Positions 26,156 to 32,000 of a stretch of DNA of 32,000 nucleotides are shown here, piece after piece. The notes below the pieces were generated by a model. That model saw only the letters and a list, made by a program, of their open reading frames with translations. It did no database searches and was not told the DNA's origin. The DNA lies in contig NC_009925.1 of NCBI RefSeq assembly GCF_000018105.1, positions 4,980,001 to 5,012,000 of the forward strand, in the 5' to 3' direction. This DNA comes from Acaryochloris marina MBIC11017. GTDB taxonomy: Bacteria; Cyanobacteriota; Cyanobacteriia; Thermosynechococcales; Thermosynechococcaceae. The stretch's first letter is position 1; every line of letters starts with the position of its first letter. The position numbers and the translations under genes are program-made.

Positions 26156-27391
26156 ATGAATAGCTCAAAAAGTTGTTCAAGTTTTAGTTCCTCTTCTAGA
26201 CTAATAAAAGTTTTGAGAGTGCTTTCTGGAGTTAGTGTTTCTATTGAAGAAATAGATTCAATAAATAGGGGTATTATTGATATAGTTAGTGGCTTCGTTT
26301 GTTCTCAAAGCTTTGACAGACTTACTGGATTAAAAACATTATTAATTCGGTCTGATAAGGATGAGATATTTCTGCTCTCGAATAATGGTGAATCTATCCT
26401 CAATGACAACATTATTTTTACTCTTGGTAATTTAGGATTCTTCAACAAGCCAAAAAAGATTTATGTCAAGAATATTAATGATTTTTATGATATTTTTAGA
26501 GATGCTGCAAAGCATAATCGTTTTTTAGACTGCATCTACAATCGTCTAACAAGAGAGTTGAATTATGTAAGATTATCATCAACAGATATCGCGATAAGCT
26601 CAGAATCAAAAATATCAAACTCGGATTCTTTACATCAAAATACTTTATCTCACATACCACTACCTTTAAAAATCTATTTTATTGGTGACTTTACTAAGAA
26701 CCAAAAGGTTTGTTTTCAGCTTGCCGCTGAGCGTTGGGGGGAAATTATTCATAATAATTTACCAATAGTCAGATTGCATGGAGAGATTATCGAAGGTGTT
26801 TTGATTTACGCAGTAGCAGTTGCCCTTGATGGTGAGAGTAAAATACTTGCTCAGTCAAGTCCGCTTCATCTCCGGAAGGAAACTTTACTACCTGCAACTG
26901 GAATAATCGAGTTTGATAAAGATGATCTTTCTAGAATAGAGGATAGTGGAAATTTAGTTAGTCTTATATTTCATGAAATAGGGCATATTCTCGGCTTTGG
27001 AAGCCTCTGGGAGAAAAAGGGATTGGTGCAAGGCTTAGGGACAAGTAACCCCATCTATATTGGTAAAAATGCGATGCGGGAATATGCGAAATTAGTAGGG
27101 TATGATTTCCCTATTCCTATTCCTATTGAAAATTCAGGAGAAAAAGGATCACTTTATGGACACTGGCGAGAATCCATTCTTGGAAGTGAAATAATGACCA
27201 GCTATTTAGGTAAAGAGTACAACCCAATTAGTAATATTACCCTAGCAGCTATGGAAGATATTGGTTACTCAGTCAACTATAGTGCCGGAGATTCAGTTCT
27301 ATTAGCTAGTACTGACAATTACAATAAAGATGGCAATAGGAAGGATAAAAGATGTTGTAGGTTCTTCAAAAGAGATTTTATTTTTGTATAA
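26156..27391 (+). CDS. Leishmanolysin-like (peptidase M8 family) zinc metalloprotease with an uncharacterised N-terminal domain of about 140 aa
   Basis: 411-aa ORF. HEIGHILGFG (nt 26972-26986 encode HEIGH) is followed by GSLYGHWRESILGSEIMTSYL...SNITLAAMEDIGYSVNY. This parallels the GP63 pattern HExxHxxGF ... GSH ... DELM ... LT.A...D.G.Y. No signal peptide is evident. Confidence 0.8.
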   Translation: MNSSKSCSSFSSSSRLIKVLRVLSGVSVSIEEIDSINRGIIDIVSGFVCSQSFDRLTGLKTLLIRSDKDEIFLLSNNGESILNDNIIFTLGNLGFFNKPKKIYVKNINDFYDIFRDAAKHNRFLDCIYNRLTRELNYVRLSSTDIAISSESKISNSDSLHQNTLSHIPLPLKIYFIGDFTKNQKVCFQLAAERWGEIIHNNLPIVRLHGEIIEGVLIYAVAVALDGESKILAQSSPLHLRKETLLPATGIIEFDKDDLSRIEDSGNLVSLIFHEIGHILGFGSLWEKKGLVQGLGTSNPIYIGKNAMREYAKLVGYDFPIPIPIENSGEKGSLYGHWRESILGSEIMTSYLGKEYNPISNITLAAMEDIGYSVNYSAGDSVLLASTDNYNKDGNRKDKRCCRFFKRDFIFV

Positions 27392-27423
27392 CAGAAAAAA
27401 AGAAATTCTAGTAAGGAGACATT

Positions 27424-28065
27424 ATGAGTGGTCCTCAAGATACTTCACTTACATCACATGGTTCCGGTGATGGTGGTACTTCAAAAGATTTACTTGATCG
27501 AGTAGTTTCTACTTCTATCTTACTGAAGTTTCTCGAGATTTTTGAAGGTGCAGAACTTAAGTTGTCGCAAATTATAGATATTTCCAATGGGGTCATTGAT
27601 TTTGTTACTGGGCATGTTGTGACTCAAAACTATGCTACCAAGACAGATAAGGCAAGCGGCTCTAAAACTGTTGTTTCCCGACAAGTTCAGATCCAGACAG
27701 CACATGAAGGAAACTTTACTTTAACAACCAATGAATCTGTAAAGTTAAGTGATTCTGCCATCAAGAGCTTAAGAGATACAAATAACACCTACTTATTCAA
27801 TAAAACAGATGATATTTATGTTAACGATAAAAGTCTTGAGTTTGCTCAAGATTTGCTACAAGAGGCATCAAGATATGGCCAACAAGTCACTTGCGTTTAT
27901 GATCAATCCAATGGAGATATTCTTTTAGTTCGAATAATTTCAAATCCAACATCTATTTCAAATGACAATAGATCATTCCCTTATATTCTCTCAGCCAGTG
28001 GCCCCGGAGTTCCTTCCCCAACACCCCAACCAACCCCTCATCCAACACCTCATCCGCGCCGATAA
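27424..28065 (+). CDS. Hypothetical protein (213 aa): homolog of the N-terminal domain of the adjacent M8 protease, plus a Pro-rich tail
   Basis: A strong AAGGAG lies 5 nt upstream of the ATG. LLKFLEIFEGAELKLSQIIDISNGVIDFVTGHVVTQNY aligns with LIKVLRVLSGVSVSIEEIDSINRGIIDIVSGFVCSQSF, and DDIYVNDK...CVYDQSNGDILLVRIIS aligns with KKIYVKNI...CIYNRLTRELNYVRLSS. The tail is GPGVPSPTPQPTPHPTPHPRR. Confidence 0.7.
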   Translation: MSGPQDTSLTSHGSGDGGTSKDLLDRVVSTSILLKFLEIFEGAELKLSQIIDISNGVIDFVTGHVVTQNYATKTDKASGSKTVVSRQVQIQTAHEGNFTLTTNESVKLSDSAIKSLRDTNNTYLFNKTDDIYVNDKSLEFAQDLLQEASRYGQQVTCVYDQSNGDILLVRIISNPTSISNDNRSFPYILSASGPGVPSPTPQPTPHPTPHPRR

Positions 28066-28318
28066 GAAGACATAATTTAACTAGAGCTTGCTGAAAGATT
28101 AAAAAGTGCTAACTAGCTTGTAAGGAAAATATTTTTACAAAGCCAATTAACGATTTTTTCGGCGTTGTAATTGATTTTAACTTACATAAAGTTACTTAGC
28201 ATAACTTAAAAAATGCGCGATCATACAAGTTTTTTAGCTCTTGATTTACTTCTTCAACAAGCTCTAATTAGCTCTGGGTAATGAGTAACATTTTTTTGTA
28301 TTTAAGCGATTTATTATC

Positions 28319-31300
28319 TTGACAGATATGAGACTTATATTGAGAAAGGTTAGTGAGAATTTGGAAGCTCTGTTTTCTCTTCGAAATGTAGTTATTGCTT
28401 CAATAGCTACCAGCACTTTTTCATTTGGCCTTTTACATGACATTGGTCTAGGGGAAGCTCAATCTATTTCTATAGATGGTTCTACTCCTACAAATTTAAC
28501 TAATTGTATTGATAATTGTACAATTAGTGGTGGTTCTTTGAGAGGTAACAACCTTTTTCACAGTTTTTCTGACTTCGGCGTTAACTCAGGCTCAGTAGCA
28601 ACCTTTATTGATCCTGGTGTAGTTAATATATTTAGTAGAATTACTGGAGCAAATAAATCTAACATTGATGGCTTAATTAGAGTTTCCGGTGGGAATGGAA
28701 ACCTATATATATTAAACCCAAATGGATTTGTTTTTGGGAAAAATGCGAGCCTAGATCTTAGTGGTTCGTTTATTGCTTCTTCTGCCAATTCTGTCCAGTT
28801 TGGCAATCAAGGCTTTCTAAATATTGCTACAAATCAGATATCAAATTTAACTATAAATCCATCAGCTTTAATTTATGACCAAGCTGGGAAGGCCATAAAT
28901 GTAAATGGAGCACAGCTGACTGTAAATGACAATCAGAATTTACTATTGTTGGGTGGAGAGGTCAATATTAGTAATGGGGCAAGTTTGGGAGCTTTTGGTG
29001 GCCGGATAGAGATAGGAGGGTTAGATAAGCCAGGAGCTATTCGATTGAATCCCAATAGAGGATTTAGTTTGCAATATGTCAATGGTACAAGTCTTTCAAA
29101 TATTTCAATTTCTGATGCACTTCTTGATGTTGCCGCTGGCAACTCAATAGGTGGAGGATCTTTGAGGATTAGTGCAAACAACATCAATATAGAAAATAGC
29201 AATTTTTTTGCTGGCCTGCTTTTTTTGGGAGAATCTGAAACACGATCTGGAGATATTGAGTTTTCTGCAACAAATGACATAAAAATTATTAATAGTTCCA
29301 TTGAGAATCGTTTATTTGAAAACAATCAAGGATTCTCCGGAGATATTATTATAAATGCTAATAATCTGCTTCTAGACTCTAGCAGCGTAAAAGCTGATCT
29401 TGATTCTGGTGCCCAGGGCAGTAGTGGTGAAATACGAATAAAAACCAATTCTCTTAATTTATCTAATCAATCATTAGTCTCGACCAATATCTTTGGAATA
29501 GGAAATTCAGAAGGTATTAGTATATTTTCTAATGGTGGCATTTTCATAGAATCAAGTTCTATCCTCAGCAACCTTGAAAACAATTCGCAGGGAGTTGGTG
29601 GCAAAATATCTATTCAATCTAAGGAGATATCTTTATCAAATCAGTCATTAATATCTACAAATCTTTTTGGAGAGGGTGCTGTTGGAAATATTGGTATTGT
29701 TGTTGATAGAGCCTCTCTAAACTCAAGTAGCATAGTAAGTGATGTTGCTCAGAATGGGAAAGGTAACGGTGGCGAAATTTTTATTACAGTTCATGATTTA
29801 TCTCTAGTTAACAATTCCTTTATTGGTTCCAGTACTTTTGGCGAGGGAAATACAGGAAAGATTTCTATCCTAGCTGAAGATAAAGTTAATCTTGAAACCA
29901 GTTTCATTCTTTCAAATATTTCTGCAGGTGGGAAAGGTAATAGTCGTACGATATCAGTCGATACTTCGAAGTTAATACTTTCTAACGGAGCACAAATAGG
30001 CTCTAATGTCAGCGCTTCATCTAACTTATTTCCAGGTGGGAATGGAAAAGGTGGGAATATAGAAATATTCGCATCAGAAATTGTTCATATATTTGGCGTT
30101 TCTAAGCTAGTAGGCCCATTTGAAGGATTCTCTAGTGGACTTTTCACAACTACGGATGAAGGAGCGATTGGTCCCGCTGGTAAAATCACTGTTACGACCG
30201 ACATCTTTCGCATAACTGATGGTGCAAGTGTTAGTGCCCAAACATTCAACGCAAGCACTGGTGGTGATATAACCATAAACGCCAGGATTTTTGAAGCACT
30301 CAGGGGCGGTCAACTTGTTACCACCACAAGCAGTATTGGTGATGCAGGGAATATTAGGCTGAATGTTTCTGAGTCAATTTTACTTTCTGGCGATGATCCC
30401 ACATTTTTTGTTCGTAAAGCAAAATTCCCTGATATAGTCCAAAATGAAGGATCGGCTAGCGGACTATTTGCTACCAGCCGTCCCAATTCAACGGGAAAAG
30501 CTGGGAGTATCATAATTGATCCTCAATCATTCTTTATTAGCAATGGGGCACAAATTGCTGTAAATAGCCAAGGCAATAGCCCTGCAGGTAATGTAAACCT
30601 GCAAGCAGGAAACTTAACACTTGACAAGGGAAAAATACTGGCTACCTCAACTAGTGGACAAGGTGGAGATATAAACCTTGATATTGATAATTTCCTCTTT
30701 TTAACCAATGGCAGTCAAATTTCTGCAACTGCTGGCAATCAAAATACTAGTGGTGATGGTGGCAACGTCACCATCAATACGGAACTTCTAGTGGCTCTCA
30801 ATAATAGTGATATCACTGCAAACGCCTTCACAGGAAAGGGAGGTAATATTCAAATTACTACCCGTGGTTTGTTTCAATCCCCTGATAGTAATATTACTGC
30901 TAGCTCGGAAAGTGGTGTAAACGGTCAAGTTATTATCAATAACCCTGAAGTTGACCCTAGTGAAAGTTTGTCAGAACTACCCGAATCTGTAGAACCTCCT
31001 CAAGATATTGCCAAGGGGTGTCGCCCAGGTCAGACTCTTGGGGACAGTAACTTCGTTCATGTTGGGCGTGGTGGTCTTCCCCCAGGTCCCCACGAAGCCC
31101 AAACTCCATCCACCGTATGGAAAGACCTTCGCGCTAACAATCTCCAACCCTCTTACACAACCACTGTAGATACTTCGCCTACGCCTTCAGCCCCTGAAAT
31201 CTCTAAAGTGGGTCCTGATATCGTAGAAGCAAAAGGCTGGAGCAAAGATTCCCAGGGTCGCATTTACCTAACCGCCAACGTTCCCCAACCTGTTAACAGC

Positions 31301-31324
31301 CCCCAACCCATTGCAACTTGCTAG
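28319..31324 (+). CDS. Filamentous-haemagglutinin N-terminal (TPS) domain exoprotein with a beta-helix repeat body (TpsA-like), copy 2
   Basis: 1001-aa ORF; the start is TTG at 28319 or ATG at 28328. The TPS domain carries GGSLRGNNLFHSFSDFGV...IFSRITGANKSNIDG...NLYILNPNGFVFG...LDLSGSFIASSA. It has about 20 beta-helix coils. The C-terminal module PEVDPSESLSELPE...AKGC...GRGGLPPGP...WKDLRA...VEAKGW...ATC is homologous to copy 1. Confidence 0.9.
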   Translation: MTDMRLILRKVSENLEALFSLRNVVIASIATSTFSFGLLHDIGLGEAQSISIDGSTPTNLTNCIDNCTISGGSLRGNNLFHSFSDFGVNSGSVATFIDPGVVNIFSRITGANKSNIDGLIRVSGGNGNLYILNPNGFVFGKNASLDLSGSFIASSANSVQFGNQGFLNIATNQISNLTINPSALIYDQAGKAINVNGAQLTVNDNQNLLLLGGEVNISNGASLGAFGGRIEIGGLDKPGAIRLNPNRGFSLQYVNGTSLSNISISDALLDVAAGNSIGGGSLRISANNINIENSNFFAGLLFLGESETRSGDIEFSATNDIKIINSSIENRLFENNQGFSGDIIINANNLLLDSSSVKADLDSGAQGSSGEIRIKTNSLNLSNQSLVSTNIFGIGNSEGISIFSNGGIFIESSSILSNLENNSQGVGGKISIQSKEISLSNQSLISTNLFGEGAVGNIGIVVDRASLNSSSIVSDVAQNGKGNGGEIFITVHDLSLVNNSFIGSSTFGEGNTGKISILAEDKVNLETSFILSNISAGGKGNSRTISVDTSKLILSNGAQIGSNVSASSNLFPGGNGKGGNIEIFASEIVHIFGVSKLVGPFEGFSSGLFTTTDEGAIGPAGKITVTTDIFRITDGASVSAQTFNASTGGDITINARIFEALRGGQLVTTTSSIGDAGNIRLNVSESILLSGDDPTFFVRKAKFPDIVQNEGSASGLFATSRPNSTGKAGSIIIDPQSFFISNGAQIAVNSQGNSPAGNVNLQAGNLTLDKGKILATSTSGQGGDINLDIDNFLFLTNGSQISATAGNQNTSGDGGNVTINTELLVALNNSDITANAFTGKGGNIQITTRGLFQSPDSNITASSESGVNGQVIINNPEVDPSESLSELPESVEPPQDIAKGCRPGQTLGDSNFVHVGRGGLPPGPHEAQTPSTVWKDLRANNLQPSYTTTVDTSPTPSAPEISKVGPDIVEAKGWSKDSQGRIYLTANVPQPVNSPQPIATC

Positions 31325-31452
31325 ACACCCCAGATTGACCGAAAATAAATGTCTAAATCGAGAAACTGGGCATTTGTCATTCGTTTGTGAACATGGGCAA
31401 AAGAATCTGGAAAAGCATCACACCATCAACAACCGTGAGGAAGGGAACATTA

Positions 31453-32000
31453 ATGCTTCAAAGAAAGGCTCGAAGACTACTGCCTCTTACTCGTAAAAGA
31501 TTACGCTGGGTGGGAGTGGCCCTTTGCAGTACCTGCCTAGTCCTTGGTCTCAGCCTTGGGCAACGTCCCGCCCACTCAACCTCAACTCTCCCCACCGCGA
31601 ACCAACTAACCATCAGCACTCCCACAACCCCTCACCCACGTCTGGCTAACAACCCAACCCAACTAGTGGAACAAGGGAAAGCCTTTTACCAAGGGGGACA
31701 GTACGCCGCAGCCGCAGAAGCCTGGTCACAAGCTGCCCAAGCTTATAAAGGTCAGCCCCTAAATCAAGCCATCGTCCTCAATCAACTTAGCCTTGCTCAA
31801 CAAGAACTGGGGCAATGGTTAAAGGCCCAAGATAGCCTAAGTAAAAGCTTAGATATTGTTGGCGACCCTCCAGCCCCAGAATATTTATCTATTTATGCCC
31901 AAGCCTTAAATGCTCAAGGCAGTTTGAACCTATCCCAGGGTGATCCCAAAAAGGCTATGAATACTTGGGGGAAAACAGCCAAAATCTATGCTCAACTGGG
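31453..32000 (+). CDS. TPR-repeat protein with an N-terminal signal or anchor. Partial: it runs off the window end. The N-terminus is of the type seen on cyanobacterial CHAT-domain proteins.
   Basis: The ATG at 31453 is preceded by GAGGAAGGG. The translation is MLQRKARRLLPLTRKRLRWVGVALCSTCLVLGLSLG..., then TPR-like VEQGKAFYQGGQYAAAAEAWSQAAQAYKGQPLNQAIVLNQLSLAQQELGQWLKAQDSL. The frame is open to 32000. The CHAT domain itself is not in the window, so that part is inferred from typical gene neighbourhoods. Confidence 0.7.
   Translation, partial: MLQRKARRLLPLTRKRLRWVGVALCSTCLVLGLSLGQRPAHSTSTLPTANQLTISTPTTPHPRLANNPTQLVEQGKAFYQGGQYAAAAEAWSQAAQAYKGQPLNQAIVLNQLSLAQQELGQWLKAQDSLSKSLDIVGDPPAPEYLSIYAQALNAQGSLNLSQGDPKKAMNTWGKTAKIYAQL

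Noticed and set aside
22499-31324. Classical contact-dependent inhibition (CdiA-CT toxin plus CdiI immunity) interpretation of the TpsA-like genes
   Set aside because: The C-terminal regions of the two paralogs are homologous rather than polymorphic. I saw no VENN-type pre-toxin motif. The genes following copy 1 are a full-size protease and a domain paralog, not a small immunity gene directly after a variable toxin tip.
31311-31496. 61-aa plus-strand ORF
   Set aside because: It overlaps the end of tpsA-like copy 2 and the start of the TPR gene in another frame. The TPR frame has an RBS and recognisable repeats.
1-32000. tRNA, rRNA, CRISPR arrays, and intact IS or prophage genes
   Set aside because: By eye I saw no T-loop/acceptor-type sequences, no rRNA-like conserved blocks, no regularly spaced direct repeats, and no integrase or intact transposase ORF. 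A tRNAscan, Infernal or CRISPR-finder run would be the definitive check.

Overview
The window looks like a cyanobacterial chromosome. It has eight copies of the HIP1 palindrome GCGATCGC, a long-N-terminus IspH, a pentapeptide-repeat protein, and hand-counted G+C of about 45-58% per 60-nt line in the core. Positions 1 to about 15.7 kb are ordinary core genes: a DUF1501/DUF1800 pair, a GGDEF-EAL protein, a pentapeptide-repeat protein, an orphan response regulator with a coupled coiled-coil protein, ispH, a divergently arranged metal ABC importer, and a bcsA-like cellulose synthase (GT2+PilZ) in an apparent operon with a membrane protein and an SDR. Positions 16 to 19.4 kb are a patch of small hypothetical genes, including two paralogous proteins of about 70 aa and a frameshifted IS5-type transposase remnant. 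The most interesting part is 19.4-32 kb. It starts with a 650-aa membrane protein whose N-terminus carries two tandem MshEN-like (c-di-GMP receptor type) motif modules. This gene is divergent from an intergenic region that holds a MITE-like element and a perfect 14-bp palindrome. Next comes an 87-aa leader-plus-Cys/Trp-rich-core peptide gene with its own terminator. After that are two paralogous TPS-domain (filamentous-haemagglutinin-type) beta-helix exoproteins. They flank a strongly AT-rich insert (about 27-35% G+C by hand count) that encodes a leishmanolysin-like (M8) metalloprotease. The N-terminal domain of that protease is duplicated in the adjacent 213-aa protein. The window ends in the TPR N-terminus of what is probably a CHAT-type protein. 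No TpsB/FhaC transporter, tRNA, rRNA or CRISPR array was seen. All family calls rest on motifs read by eye, because no database search was possible.
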